From the NCBI GenBank assembly GCA_902577905.1, contig CACHAQ010000005.1, positions 21,928-85,927 on the forward strand: a DNA stretch of 64,000 nucleotides, read 5' to 3'. The translations under genes and the position numbers were made by a program. This document shows positions 26,589 through 36,914 of this stretch, one piece after another. The notes under the pieces were generated by a model, which did no database searches, was not told the origin of the DNA, and saw only the letters and a list, made by a program, of their open reading frames with translations. This DNA comes from an uncultured Alphaproteobacteria bacterium (GTDB taxonomy: Bacteria > Pseudomonadota > Alphaproteobacteria > HIMB59 > GCA-002718135). Position 1 is the stretch's first letter, and the number at the start of each line of letters is the position of its first letter.

Positions 26589-28175
26589 ATGGAAGATAAA
26601 GTATATTTATTCGATACCACACTTAGAGATGGTCAGCAAACAACAGGAGTTAATTTTTCTGTTAGTGATAAAATGAATATATCCCAACATCTTGATGATT
26701 TAGGAATAGATTACATTGAAGGTGGATGGCCGGGAGCAAATCCTACCGATAATGATTTTTTTTCAAGAAATACAAAATTTTCAAAAAGTAAATTAACTGC
26801 CTTTGGTATGACAAGAAGACCAGGTAGAAGTGCAGATAACGATCCAGGATTAAATGCACTTATTAATTCAAGCGCAAGTTGTGTTTGTATTGTAGGTAAA
26901 TCATCATCATTTCACGTAAAAAATGCTTTAGAAATATCTGAAGATGAAAATTTAAAAATGATCAGTGATAGTATTCAATTAATAAAAAATAAAAACAAAG
27001 AGCCAATTTTTGATGCAGAACATTTTTTTGATGGCTTTAAAGAAAATAAAGAGTTTGCATTGAATTGTATTAAAGCAGCGTATGAGGCTGGTGCAAGATG
27101 GGTTGTTCTTTGTGATACAAATGGTGGAACTCTTCCAGATGAAATTTACAATATTGTTTCAGAAGTAGTAAAAGTTATACCAGGTCAAAATGTTGGTATA
27201 CATGCTCACAATGATACTGATAATGCAGTTGCAAATGCATTAGCAGCTATTAATGCTGGAGCAAGACAGATACAGGGAACTATTAACGGTTTAGGAGAAA
27301 GATGTGGAAATACTAATTTAATTTCCTTAATTCCATCTTTGGTTTTAAAAACAAAATATAAAACAAAAATTCCAAAAGATAAATTAAAAAATTTAATTCA
27401 TATTTCTAGAACATTAAATGATATTCTTAACATGCCTTCAAGAAAAAATGCTCCATATGTTGGAGATCACGCTTTTTCTCATAAAGGTGGGTTGCATGCA
27501 TCTGCAATAGAAAAAAATTCTTCAACTTATGAACATATTAAGCCAGAAATAGTTGGTAATTCTAGAAACGTTGTCATTTCTAATCAGGCAGGAAGATCTA
27601 ATATATTAAATCAATTAAATAAGATTAATATTGATTTGCCTAAAAATGAAATCAACAATATCTTAGAGATTATCAAGGAAAAAGAATCAGAAGGATATTC
27701 ATTTGATACTGCTTTAGCTAGTTTTGAATTATTAGTTAGACGTCACCTTGGTCATTTTGAGGATTTTTATAACTTAGAAAAATTTAGAGTCACAGATGAA
27801 AGAAGATGGAATGCTAAAGGTGAAATTGTTACTGAAGCAGAGGCTACAGTATTTTTAAAAGTTAAAGATTCAAATATGATGACAGTGGGTACTGGAAATG
27901 GTCCAGTAAATGCTATTGATAGTGCATTAAGAAAAGCTCTAATTGATTATTATCCTAATCTCAAAGATTTAAAGTTAACTGATTACAAAGTTATGATTCT
28001 TTCATCAGAAAAGGGCACTGGTGCTATCACAAGAGTTTTAATTGAATCATCTGATTCTACTAATACACATTGGACAACTATTGGCGTATCTCCAAATATT
28101 ATTGATGCATCTTATAGCGCTATTTTTGATAGTATTACTTTTAAGTTGTTTAATGATTCAAAGAATAAAAATTGA
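26589..28175 (+). CDS. Citramalate synthase / 2-isopropylmalate synthase-family enzyme (LeuA-related, CimA-like)
   Basis: 528 aa with FDTTLRDGQQ, the HAHNDTDNAVANALAAI metal site, and a C-terminal LeuA-dimer regulatory domain. Confidence 0.8.
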   Translation: MEDKVYLFDTTLRDGQQTTGVNFSVSDKMNISQHLDDLGIDYIEGGWPGANPTDNDFFSRNTKFSKSKLTAFGMTRRPGRSADNDPGLNALINSSASCVCIVGKSSSFHVKNALEISEDENLKMISDSIQLIKNKNKEPIFDAEHFFDGFKENKEFALNCIKAAYEAGARWVVLCDTNGGTLPDEIYNIVSEVVKVIPGQNVGIHAHNDTDNAVANALAAINAGARQIQGTINGLGERCGNTNLISLIPSLVLKTKYKTKIPKDKLKNLIHISRTLNDILNMPSRKNAPYVGDHAFSHKGGLHASAIEKNSSTYEHIKPEIVGNSRNVVISNQAGRSNILNQLNKINIDLPKNEINNILEIIKEKESEGYSFDTALASFELLVRRHLGHFEDFYNLEKFRVTDERRWNAKGEIVTEAEATVFLKVKDSNMMTVGTGNGPVNAIDSALRKALIDYYPNLKDLKLTDYKVMILSSEKGTGAITRVLIESSDSTNTHWTTIGVSPNIIDASYSAIFDSITFKLFNDSKNKN

Positions 28176-28882
28176 CTTCAAAAAATCCAAGCATAATTTT
28201 AGTTAGACCTCAACTTCCTGAAAATATTGGAATGGTTGCTCGTGTAATGCACAACTTTGGTCTAAAAGATCTAATTGTTGTTTCGCCAAGAAATAACTGG
28301 TTAAATAATAAATCAATAAATGCAGCAAAAAAAGCAACTAAAATTATTAAAAATATTAAAGTTTATAATGATTTAGAAATTGCACTTTCTAATTTTTCTT
28401 ATGTTGTGGCCACGACTAATAGAAAAAGATATTTGGAAAAAAATTCTACTAATGATTTTAAATTCATTAAAAGAAAAATTATGGTTAATAAAAAAACAGC
28501 AATACTTTTTGGCCCTGAAAATTCAGGACTTTCAAATGAGGATCTGAGATTATCTGATATTATTTTTACTATTGAAACAAGTAGTAAAAGTAATTCATTA
28601 AACCTTTCTCATGCAGTTACTGTTTTAAGTCATAAATTATTTGAATTGAATAATTTTAAACTCACTAATTCAACTTCAATTGAAAAGGATAATATTAGTA
28701 AATATCAATTATCTAAATTTTTAAATTATATGATTGAGAAACTTGAAAATAAAAAATTTTTTACTCCAAATGAAAAAAAAGAAAGCATGAAAAATAATAT
28801 TTATAGCATTTTCACAAAAATCCCTCTTAAGAAGAAAGAATTGCAGACTTTATGGGGAATTACAAAAAAACTTAATAAATAA
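28172..28882 (+). CDS. SpoU/TrmJ-type RNA 2-prime-O-methyltransferase
   Basis: The TTG start overlaps the upstream stop (TTGA). IILVRPQLPENIGMVARVMHNFG and the FGPENSGLSNE and LNLSHAV knot motifs are present. 236 aa. Confidence 0.75.
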   Translation: MTSKNPSIILVRPQLPENIGMVARVMHNFGLKDLIVVSPRNNWLNNKSINAAKKATKIIKNIKVYNDLEIALSNFSYVVATTNRKRYLEKNSTNDFKFIKRKIMVNKKTAILFGPENSGLSNEDLRLSDIIFTIETSSKSNSLNLSHAVTVLSHKLFELNNFKLTNSTSIEKDNISKYQLSKFLNYMIEKLENKKFFTPNEKKESMKNNIYSIFTKIPLKKKELQTLWGITKKLNK

Positions 28883-28905
28883 GCCAAAAATTAACTATAT
28901 TCAAT

Positions 28906-28933
28906 TTGACATAGTACTTTAAATCACTATATA
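28906..28933 (+). promoter_or_regulatory. Candidate sigma70-type promoter of rpsD: TTGACA-N16-TATATA
   Basis: TTGACA at 28906..28911 and TATATA at 28928..28933, with the ATG 12 nt after the -10 element. AT-rich background raises the false-positive risk. Confidence 0.4.
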
Positions 28934-28945
28934 CCCCTCATATTA

Positions 28946-29566
28946 ATGACAAAAAGACATAACGCTAAATACAAAATTGATAGAAGGTTAGGAGTAAACT
29001 TGTGGGGCAGACCTAAGAGCCCCTTTAATAGAAGAAACTCTAAGCCTGGTCAGCACGGTGTTCAGGGACAAAGAAAGAAACTTTCAGATTATGGAAATCA
29101 GTTATTTGCTAAGCAAAAACTTAAATTTTATTACGGTGATTTAACTGAAAGGCAATTTAGAAATATTTTTAAAAAAGCTTCAAATATTAAAGGTGACACA
29201 AGTCAGATTTTAATTGAGTTATTAGAAAGAAGATTGGATGCTACAGTCTACAGAATGAAATTTGTACCTACAATTTTTTCAGCAAGACAATTAGTTAATC
29301 ATGGTCATGTAAAGGTCAATGGAAAAAGAGTTAACATTCCATCTTATAGTGTTAGTGATGGAGATGAAATTTCAATAAGAGATAAAAGTAAAGAAATTAA
29401 CTTAATTGTAGAATCGGTTAGTTCTCAAGAAAGAGAAATTCCAGAATACTTAGAAGTTGATGTAAAAGAGTTGAAAGGTCGTTTTTTAAGAGCACCTCTA
29501 ATTCATGATGTTCCTTATCCTGTAACAATGGAACCTAATTTAGTTATTGAGTATTATTCAAGATAA
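28946..29566 (+). CDS. rpsD: 30S ribosomal protein S4
   Basis: 206 aa with [19 protein letters not shown], an S4 RNA-binding domain ([31 protein letters not shown]). Confidence 0.95.
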   Translation: MTKRHNAKYKIDRRLGVNLWGRPKSPFNRRNSKPGQHGVQGQRKKLSDYGNQLFAKQKLKFYYGDLTERQFRNIFKKASNIKGDTSQILIELLERRLDATVYRMKFVPTIFSARQLVNHGHVKVNGKRVNIPSYSVSDGDEISIRDKSKEINLIVESVSSQEREIPEYLEVDVKELKGRFLRAPLIHDVPYPVTMEPNLVIEYYSR

Positions 29567-30443
29567 TTTCTTTTTTATAACTATCATAAATATAAATTAT
29601 TATTCCTATCCAAATAATTATAAATGATACCAGCTTAATTTGTAAAATTTCTTCATTAAGAATAAATACTGAAGTTATAAAATGAAATGTCGGTGCTAAG
29701 TAAAATAAAACTCCAGCAAGACCTAATTGAATAAATTTTAAACCCAAATTAAAAAAAAATAATGGAAAAATCGTTACAACTCCTGTTAGAATTAAAAATA
29801 ATGATGTCTTCAAATCAATATTAAAGATACTATTTTCATTTTGCCAAAATAAATAAACTAAGTATGGGATAGATATTAAAGATATTATGAAAGTCTCATA
29901 TAGTAAGCCAATTGAAGGATTAACATTAACTTGTTTTCTTAATAATCCATATATTGCCCATGAGGTTCCAATCCAAATTATTAGGAATGGAAATTGATTT
30001 AAATTAATAAATAAGAGTAATATACCTGATAGCATAAGACATACAGATGCAAATTTAGGCTTAGTTATTTTCTCATTTAAAAAAAAATAACCAAGAACAA
30101 TACTTATCATTGGAGTAATAAAGTAACCCATTGATGCATCCTGAACTCTTTCTTGTCCTACAGAATAAATAAAACCTGCCCAGTTACCTGCAATAAGAAA
30201 AGCTGTAATTGTTAAAATAAAAATTCTTTTTCTAGATTTAAATATTTCAATAAAATCACTTATGTTTGAGATTAGAATTAATAATAAAAATAAAAAGATA
30301 AATGACCAGAAACCTCTATGAGCTACAACTTCAATAGTCTCAACGTGATTTAATTCATTAAAAAAAAGGGGTTGTGGAAGCCCCCAAAAAATTGCTGCAA
30401 TACAGGAAAATATTACACCTTTAGAAAATTTATTATTTAACAA
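29544..30443 (-). CDS. rarD: RarD/EamA-family (DMT superfamily) transporter
   Basis: 299 aa, about 10 TM segments, with the RarD-like block [11 protein letters not shown]. Its 3-prime end overlaps rpsD by 23 nt. Confidence 0.7.
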   Translation of the reverse strand: MLNNKFSKGVIFSCIAAIFWGLPQPLFFNELNHVETIEVVAHRGFWSFIFLFLLLILISNISDFIEIFKSRKRIFILTITAFLIAGNWAGFIYSVGQERVQDASMGYFITPMISIVLGYFFLNEKITKPKFASVCLMLSGILLLFINLNQFPFLIIWIGTSWAIYGLLRKQVNVNPSIGLLYETFIISLISIPYLVYLFWQNENSIFNIDLKTSLFLILTGVVTIFPLFFFNLGLKFIQLGLAGVLFYLAPTFHFITSVFILNEEILQIKLVSFIIIWIGIIIYIYDSYKKEIILNNTQ

Positions 30444-30444
30444 A

Positions 30445-30786
30445 CTAGGACGGATTTACGTCTATTCCATTTGTATTGAATAATTCTAATAATTCACCAC
30501 TTTCAAACATTTCAGTTATGATATCACACCCACCTATAAATTCTTTCTTTACATAAAGTTGTGGTATGGTTGGCCAATTAGAATATATTTTAATACCTTC
30601 TCTCATTTCATCACTCTCTAAAACATTCAAACTTCCAAATTTAACACCTACTTTATTTAATATTTCAACTACTCTTGCAGAAAATCCACACATTGGAAAT
30701 ACAGGGGTACCTTTCATGAAAAGCATTACGTCATTAGAGTTAATTTCATTTTCAATATTTTGAGATACATGGTCGTTATTATTCAT
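30445..30786 (-). CDS. grxD: Monothiol glutaredoxin (Grx4 family)
   Basis: 113 aa with CGFS active site (PMCGFSARV) and the WPTIPQLYVKKEFIGGCDI block. Confidence 0.9.
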   Translation of the reverse strand: MNNNDHVSQNIENEINSNDVMLFMKGTPVFPMCGFSARVVEILNKVGVKFGSLNVLESDEMREGIKIYSNWPTIPQLYVKKEFIGGCDIITEMFESGELLELFNTNGIDVNPS

Positions 30787-30788
30787 TA

Positions 30789-31019
30789 TTACTCCGATAC
30801 AGTTTTTAGCTTAAGTGCGTGCAAATCACTACCCATTTTACCATTAAAAGCATCATAAACCATCTTATGTTGTTCTACTCTTGTTTTTCCAGAAAAAGAT
30901 TTTGACGTAACAGTAGCACTGTAATGATCACCATCTCCTTTAAGATCTTCAATTTCAACAGTAGCATCTGGTATAGCTTCTTTAATAAATTGTTCAATTT
31001 GTTCAACAGTCATTGGCAT
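30789..31019 (-). CDS. BolA-family protein
   Basis: 76 aa with a DGDHYSATVTS..F.GK..V.QHKMVY pattern. It forms the classic pair with monothiol Grx, 2 nt downstream. Confidence 0.85.
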   Translation of the reverse strand: MPMTVEQIEQFIKEAIPDATVEIEDLKGDGDHYSATVTSKSFSGKTRVEQHKMVYDAFNGKMGSDLHALKLKTVSE

Positions 31020-31056
31020 AGCTATAAAATAGTTCAGATATTAGTAAAAATAAAGA

Positions 31057-32349
31057 CTATTTAATTTTATTTTTAAAAATCCAATCTATTTTCTTTAGAT
31101 CATTATCATCTTTAATGATTTTCACGATTTCTTTTGAATTTAATATTTTATTTAATTCTTTATTTTTTTGAAAAACTTGTGAAAAATTCTTATTATTATT
31201 CCATGTTTCCATGGCGCTTTCTTGAACAATTTTATAAGCTTGTTGTCTTTTCAGTCCTTTTTCAATTAATTTTAACATAATATTGTGAGTTCTATGTAAG
31301 CCTCCAAGCATATTCAAATTTTTCAACATATTTTTTGGATAAACTTTTAAATTCTTTATAATTCCATTTAAACGATATAGTGCAAAATCAGTTGCAATTG
31401 TAATATCTGGAGTCATAATTCTTTCAACACTAGAATGACTAATATCTCTCTCATGCCAAAGTACGACATTTTCTAGTGAAGGCATTACACCACTTCTAAT
31501 ATAACGTGATATACCTGTTAAGTTTTCACTCAATACTGGATTACGTTTATGAGGCATTGCAGAAGAACCTTTTTGGTTAGAAGAAAAACTTTCTTCAACT
31601 TCTAATACCTCTGTTTTTTGTAAATTTCGAATTTCCACAGCAAATCTCTCAATAGAAGATGCTAAAATTCCTAATACTGAGAAAAAATATGCATGCCTAT
31701 CTCTTGGAATTACTTGAGTTGATATATCTTCAGAATTTAGTTTAAGTTTTTTTGCAACATAGTCTTGAACTCGTGGGTCTATAGAATTAAAAGTTCCAAC
31801 AGGTCCAGAAATAGCACAAACAGATACTTCGTTGATAGCTTGATCAAGTCTTTCTAAATTTCTTTTAAACTCAAAATAAAAAGAAGATAATTTTAATCCA
31901 AAAGTAATAGGTTCAGCATGTATACCATGACTTCTCCCAATCATTAATGTGTTTTTATATTTTTTAGATTTGATTTTTAAACTTTGAATACACTCTACTA
32001 AACTTTTTCTTATTATTTCTGAGGTTTGCTTAAGTTGTACAGAAAATGAAGTATCAATAATATCACTTGATGTTACACCAAAATGAAAATACTTTGATGA
32101 GTCGCCAATATATTTGCTTACATTATTAATATAAGCAACAACATCATGTTTTGTTTCTTTTTCAATTTTTTCTATCTCTTTAACATTAAATTTTGCTTTA
32201 TTTCTTATTTCTTTTGAAGCTTTTTTAGGAATAACGCCGAGCATTGCTTGTTTTTCTGCAATCAAACACTCAATCTCTGTCCAAATTGTAAATTTATTTT
32301 CTAATGACCAAATCTTTTCAATTTTAGGTCTATTATATCTAGGTATCAT
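31057..32349 (-). CDS. purB: Adenylosuccinate lyase
   Basis: 430 aa with fumarate-lyase signature GSSAMPHKRNP and an N-terminal MIPRYNRPKIEKIW. Confidence 0.9.
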   Translation of the reverse strand: MIPRYNRPKIEKIWSLENKFTIWTEIECLIAEKQAMLGVIPKKASKEIRNKAKFNVKEIEKIEKETKHDVVAYINNVSKYIGDSSKYFHFGVTSSDIIDTSFSVQLKQTSEIIRKSLVECIQSLKIKSKKYKNTLMIGRSHGIHAEPITFGLKLSSFYFEFKRNLERLDQAINEVSVCAISGPVGTFNSIDPRVQDYVAKKLKLNSEDISTQVIPRDRHAYFFSVLGILASSIERFAVEIRNLQKTEVLEVEESFSSNQKGSSAMPHKRNPVLSENLTGISRYIRSGVMPSLENVVLWHERDISHSSVERIMTPDITIATDFALYRLNGIIKNLKVYPKNMLKNLNMLGGLHRTHNIMLKLIEKGLKRQQAYKIVQESAMETWNNNKNFSQVFQKNKELNKILNSKEIVKIIKDDNDLKKIDWIFKNKIK

Positions 32350-32358
32350 TTTATATAC

Positions 32359-33153
32359 TTATACATCCTTTATTGGAAAAGCTGTATTATTTTTAGATAA
32401 TGTAAATATTTCATTTCCTTCTTCTGTTATTCCAATTGTATGCTCGAATTGAGCAGATAAAGATTTATCTTTTGTTACGGCTGTCCATCCATCATTTAGT
32501 ATTTTTGTTTGCCATCCACCTAAATTAATCATTGGTTCAATTGTTAAAAACATTCCAGGCTCTAACATTGGTCCTTCACCTGGTTCTCCAAAGTGTAAAA
32601 CACTAGGTGGAGTATGGAATTCTTTTCCAATTCCATGACCACAAAAATCTCTTACTACAGAATAACCTTTTCCTTCTGCAAGTTTCTGAATTTTATTTCC
32701 AATATCGCCAATATGCTTACCAGGTTTAGCTTCACTAATACCAATTAATAAAGATTCATAAGTTATTTTTAAAAATTCATAATTTTTTTTATTCGTCTTT
32801 CCTGCAACAAACATTCTCGAACTATCACCATACCAACCATTTAGAATAACTGTTACATCTACATTTATTATATCTCCATCAGATAGAATTTTTCTTTCAG
32901 AGGGAATTCCATGACAAACAACATGATTAACTGATGTACAAACTGATTTTGGGAAACCTTTATAATTTAAGGGGGCTGGTATTGCTTTGTTTTGAATTAT
33001 TTGATCATGACATATGTCATTTATTTCTTGAGTACTTATACCCGGAACAATCTTTTCATTTAAAGAATCTAGAACATCAGCAGCTAAAGAACCAGCTTCC
33101 CTCATGCCTTCAAAATCTTTTTTCGTATGTATTGGGATATTGTTGTTTCTCAT
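32359..33153 (-). CDS. map: Type I methionine aminopeptidase
   Basis: 264 aa with VCHGIP, DIINVDVT, the GHGIGKEFH metal site, FTIEPM and QFEHT. Confidence 0.9.
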   Translation of the reverse strand: MRNNNIPIHTKKDFEGMREAGSLAADVLDSLNEKIVPGISTQEINDICHDQIIQNKAIPAPLNYKGFPKSVCTSVNHVVCHGIPSERKILSDGDIINVDVTVILNGWYGDSSRMFVAGKTNKKNYEFLKITYESLLIGISEAKPGKHIGDIGNKIQKLAEGKGYSVVRDFCGHGIGKEFHTPPSVLHFGEPGEGPMLEPGMFLTIEPMINLGGWQTKILNDGWTAVTKDKSLSAQFEHTIGITEEGNEIFTLSKNNTAFPIKDV

Positions 33154-33210
33154 TTAAAAAATAATTACTTACGATTAATAAATAATATATAGAAAATATC
33201 AATTAATCAT

Positions 33211-33957
33211 ATGAGTTCTTTTACTGCAGGTGTTATTGTTATTGGCGATGAAATACTTTCTGGTAGAACTCAAGATACAAACTCAAATTATATTGCAAAA
33301 AAATTATTAGAAGCCGGTATTAAGTTAGAAGAAGTTATTGTTATTCAGGATGATAAAAAAACAATAATAGAAAATGTTTTAAAATATAGCTCAAAATACT
33401 CTTATGTTTTTACTACTGGAGGAATTGGACCAACTCATGATGATATAACTTCAGAAAGTATATCTGCAGCCTTTAATTTAAAATATGAAACAAATAAAAT
33501 GGCTTTTGAGATTCTTGAAAATTATTATCCAAAAGGTGAATTTAATGAAAGCAGGCAAAGGATGACTAAAATGCCATTTGGTTCAGAGCTTATTTTAAAT
33601 CCAATGACCGCTGCACCAGGATTTATTGTAAAAAATATCTATGTTTTGCCAGGTGTGCCAGAAATAATGCAAGTTATGTTTGAGGAATTAATGAAAAAAA
33701 TTAAAAGAGGTAACCCAAAACTTGTTACAACAATTAATACTAATTTATACGAAAGTAAAATTGCAAAAAATTTAAAAAATATTCAAAACAATTATACAAA
33801 TGCATCAATCGGTAGTTACCCATATTTTAATCTTGCAGCTAAAACAGGCGGTGTTAACATAGTTGTTTCATCATGGGAGATGAAATCTATTAAACCAATA
33901 GTTGATGATATAACTAAGATGATTGAATTAAATGGTGGAAAAAGTTCTATAGTTTGA
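33211..33957 (+). CDS. CinA-like molybdopterin-binding (MoCF/MoaB-Mog fold) domain protein
   Basis: 248 aa with GVIVIGDEILSGRTQDTNSNYIAKKL and TTGGIGPTHDD. No PncC deamidase domain. Confidence 0.7.
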   Translation: MSSFTAGVIVIGDEILSGRTQDTNSNYIAKKLLEAGIKLEEVIVIQDDKKTIIENVLKYSSKYSYVFTTGGIGPTHDDITSESISAAFNLKYETNKMAFEILENYYPKGEFNESRQRMTKMPFGSELILNPMTAAPGFIVKNIYVLPGVPEIMQVMFEELMKKIKRGNPKLVTTINTNLYESKIAKNLKNIQNNYTNASIGSYPYFNLAAKTGGVNIVVSSWEMKSIKPIVDDITKMIELNGGKSSIV

Positions 33958-33973
33958 TATTAGTCCAGAAATA

Positions 33974-34058
33974 GGCCTCGTGGTGGAATGGTAGACACAA
34001 AGGACTTAAAATCCTTGCCCTTTTGGGAGTGCCGGTTCAAGTCCGGCCGAGGCTACCA
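33974..34058 (+). tRNA. tRNA-Leu (anticodon UAA), class II with long variable arm, CCA encoded
   Basis: Folded by hand. Acceptor GGCCTCG/CGAGGCT (G1-U72 wobble), anticodon stem AAGGA/TCCTT with loop CTTAAAA, long variable arm, T arm GCCGG-TTCAAGT-CCGGC, discriminator A, CCA. Confidence 0.9.
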
Positions 34059-34069
34059 ATCACTAAATT

Positions 34070-34444
34070 ATGTTTGCTTTTATTACTATTGGAACAAATA
34101 ATTTAAAAAAATCATCTGCATTTTACAATAAAATTTTAAAACCTCTAAAAATTAAAAAAGTTTTATCTCATAATAGATATTTTGGTTATGCTAAAAAAGC
34201 AACTCCTAAAAAAATAGAATTATACTTGATTAGACCTCATAACAAAAAAAAAGCAACCATAGGAAATGGTACAATGATTACTTTTAAAGCTAATTCTAAA
34301 AAAATTATTAATGAATTTTATAAAATTGGAATTAGTCTTGGAGCAAAAGACGAAGGTATGCCTGGGCCGAGACATGGTAAAGATTATTATGCATATTTAA
34401 GGGATTTAGATGGCAACAAGATTTGTATTTTTAAAAAAATTTGA
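34070..34444 (+). CDS. VOC (glyoxalase/bleomycin-resistance/dioxygenase) family protein
   Basis: 124 aa. N-terminal FITIGTNNLKKSSAFY and C-terminal YYAYLRDLDGNKICIF are typical of single-domain VOC proteins. Confidence 0.6.
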   Translation: MFAFITIGTNNLKKSSAFYNKILKPLKIKKVLSHNRYFGYAKKATPKKIELYLIRPHNKKKATIGNGTMITFKANSKKIINEFYKIGISLGAKDEGMPGPRHGKDYYAYLRDLDGNKICIFKKI

Positions 34445-34446
34445 TC

Positions 34447-35205
34447 TTAAAAATTAAATTGCTCATTCAAAATTTTATCTTCAATAGAGTGTTTACTATC
34501 GAACAATACAGTGCATTTATTTTCATCTGAAGAAACAATATTAACTTTACTTATATCTCTAAATTCAACATTGTCTGCCGTTACGCTTGATGAGCGTTCA
34601 TCATTATTTAACACTTCAAAATCAATTTTACTAATTTCAGATAACAGAGCACCTCTCCATCTCCTTGGTCTAAAGGCACTGATTGGAGTTAATGCAAGTA
34701 TATTTGAGTCTAAAGGTAAAATGCTACCGTGCGCAGATAGATTATAAGCTGTACTTCCTGCTGAAGTAGATAACAAAACACCATCACATATTAACTCTTC
34801 CATTTTTACTTTCTCATTTATTTTGATTTTAATTTTTGATGCCAAATGAGTCTGTCTCATTAGAGAAACTTCATTATAAGCATATGCCTCAAAGATCTCA
34901 TTATTAACACTTTGTGCAGTCATTTTTAATGGTTTAAAGGTAGATTTTTTAGCATTGGTAATCATATCATTTAAATTTTCATTTCTAAGATTATTCATTA
35001 AAAAACCAATTGAACCAAAGTTTATTCCAAAAAATGGTTTGTTTAGTTTATTAAAATTATGCAGCGATTTTAATAGCAATCCATCGCCTCCAATTGGAAT
35101 AATATAGTCAGCATCTTCAACAGAATTTTGCCCAAATAATTCTGTTAATTTTTTTTCTGTATTTTTTGCCTCAGGATTGTTTGATGATAAAAAATGAAAT
35201 TTCAT
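34447..35205 (-). CDS. nadK: NAD kinase
   Basis: 252 aa with GGDG motif (IPIGGDGLLL), NEVSL, and STSAGSTAYNLSAHG. Confidence 0.85.
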   Translation of the reverse strand: MKFHFLSSNNPEAKNTEKKLTELFGQNSVEDADYIIPIGGDGLLLKSLHNFNKLNKPFFGINFGSIGFLMNNLRNENLNDMITNAKKSTFKPLKMTAQSVNNEIFEAYAYNEVSLMRQTHLASKIKIKINEKVKMEELICDGVLLSTSAGSTAYNLSAHGSILPLDSNILALTPISAFRPRRWRGALLSEISKIDFEVLNNDERSSSVTADNVEFRDISKVNIVSSDENKCTVLFDSKHSIEDKILNEQFNF

Positions 35206-36197
35206 TACCCACCTGTTACGTTCATGTGTCTTTTCATATATTTATTAATTTTTGCTCCAATCATAAAATCATGTTGTTTTGGTTTAATATTAAGAGCAAA
35301 CTTAATTTTTTCTTTTATATAATGATCACTATAATCTTTTCTCATTATATTTCTAAAATCAACAAAGTCATTCTGACCAAGGCACATAAAAAGTTTACCG
35401 GTGCTTGATATTCTTACTCTATTGCAAGAGGTACAAAAATTATTTGTTAAAGGACTTATAAATCCAATTTTATTAGAAACTAAATCACTAGTATAAAATC
35501 TAGCTGGGCCTCCAGTACTGTAATTAATTTTAGAAAATTTATATATTTTATCTAGTTTTTCAAAAGTATCAGATAGTGAGATAAACTGATATTCTCTCGA
35601 TATATCAGTTTCTTCCATTGGCATTACTTCAATAAATGTAAGATCAATTTTTTTATTATTAGTCCAATTAATTAATTCTTCAATTTCATTCTCATTAAAA
35701 TCTTTAATTACTACAGTATTAATTTTAATTTTTATATTGGAATCAAGTGCTTCATTGATTCCATCAAAAACTTTTTCAATATTTCCAAATCTTGTAATTT
35801 TATTATATTTTTTGGGATTAATTGTATCTAGAGAAACATTAATCCTATTAACACCATTTAGTTTCAGTTGTTTTGCATATTTTTTTAATAGCGTCCCATT
35901 TGTTGTAAGCGTAATCTCTTTGAGATTTGTTTTCTTTTTTTTATTATTTAGTTTTTCAATTAATTTTATAATATCTTTTCTTACCAAAGGCTCACCCCCG
36001 GTTAATCTAATTTTTTCTACTCCAAGTTCTATAAAGTTGTCACATAATCTTTCAATTTCTTCTAAAGTGAGTATATCTTTTCGTGGAAGAAATTGCATTT
36101 TTTCTTTCATACAATAAACACATCTCAGATCGCATCTATCTGTAACAGATACTCTTAGGTAATTTACTTTTCTTAAATATTGGTCAATTAGTTGCAT
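35205..36197 (-). CDS. moaA: GTP 3-prime,8-cyclase (molybdenum cofactor biosynthesis, radical SAM)
   Basis: 330 aa with CDLRCVYC radical-SAM cluster, a second-cluster CxxC (CTSCNRVR) and Cys, and a C-terminal Gly-Gly. Confidence 0.9.
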   Translation of the reverse strand: MQLIDQYLRKVNYLRVSVTDRCDLRCVYCMKEKMQFLPRKDILTLEEIERLCDNFIELGVEKIRLTGGEPLVRKDIIKLIEKLNNKKKKTNLKEITLTTNGTLLKKYAKQLKLNGVNRINVSLDTINPKKYNKITRFGNIEKVFDGINEALDSNIKIKINTVVIKDFNENEIEELINWTNNKKIDLTFIEVMPMEETDISREYQFISLSDTFEKLDKIYKFSKINYSTGGPARFYTSDLVSNKIGFISPLTNNFCTSCNRVRISSTGKLFMCLGQNDFVDFRNIMRKDYSDHYIKEKIKFALNIKPKQHDFMIGAKINKYMKRHMNVTGG

Positions 36198-36381
36198 TTA
36201 TATTAATTATTTTTAATTCAACTTCTTTAGGGTTAATAGTTTTTTTTCCAACATTTTCAAAATTTATTGTAACGATATTGTTAATACATGATTGCACTTG
36301 ACCAATTCCCCATTCTTTTTCTCTGCTAACATTTACAACAAAAGTACCTGGTGTAAGATCACCTATATAAAAATCTGACAT
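36184..36381 (-). CDS. DUF3553-like small protein
   Basis: 65 aa. EWGIGQVQS...VTINFENVGKKTI matches my memory of the alphaproteobacterial DUF3553 core. It overlaps the moaA start by 14 nt. Confidence 0.5.
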   Translation of the reverse strand: MSDFYIGDLTPGTFVVNVSREKEWGIGQVQSCINNIVTINFENVGKKTINPKEVELKIININATN

Positions 36382-36392
36382 TTAAAATAAAA

Positions 36393-36827
36393 TTAGCTTA
36401 TTCTTTTTTCCGCTTTTTCATGCATTTCTTGAGCTTCTAAACTCAATGTTGCAACTGGTCTTGCTTCTAATCTTTTGATACTAATTGGATCGCCTGTTTC
36501 ATCACAATACCCATATGAGCCATCTTCAATTCTTTGAAGTGCAGCATCAATTTTATTAATAAGTTTTCTTTCTCTATCTCTTGTTCTAAGTTCGAAAGAT
36601 CTATCTATTTCTTCAGATGCTCTATCAGTTATATCTGGTTTTGCTTCATTCTCATTTTGAAGATTATTTAAAGTTTGAGATGATTCCTTGAGTAAATCTT
36701 TTTTCCAACTTATTAATTTTTGCCTAAAATATTCTTTCATTTTGGCATTCATGAATTTTTCTTTCTTAGTTGGTTTATAATTTCTGGGTAATTTAGTCAT
36801 AATTTTAAAACGTTGCTGATTTATCAA
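36393..36827 (-). CDS. dksA: RNA polymerase-binding transcription factor DksA (one-cysteine variant)
   Basis: Coiled-coil tip DxxDxA (DITDRASEE), the FELRTRDRERKLINKI block, and a C-terminal YGYCDETGDPISIKRLEARPVATLSLEAQ. The start may be M10. Confidence 0.85.
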   Translation of the reverse strand: MINQQRFKIMTKLPRNYKPTKKEKFMNAKMKEYFRQKLISWKKDLLKESSQTLNNLQNENEAKPDITDRASEEIDRSFELRTRDRERKLINKIDAALQRIEDGSYGYCDETGDPISIKRLEARPVATLSLEAQEMHEKAEKRIS

Positions 36828-36914
36828 ATGATTTTATTTATTCAAGCAATATTGAAATTTTATTAATTACAAAAAATTTATATATTTCAATAATTTAATA
36901 AATTTTTTATAAAA

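Noticed and set aside
33974-34444. tRNA-Leu followed by a small VOC gene, as a possible tRNA-targeted genomic islet
   Set aside because: There is no integrase and no direct repeat of the tRNA 3-prime end downstream (checked around 34440..34460). The VOC gene abuts nadK with a 2-nt gap, like any other core gene.
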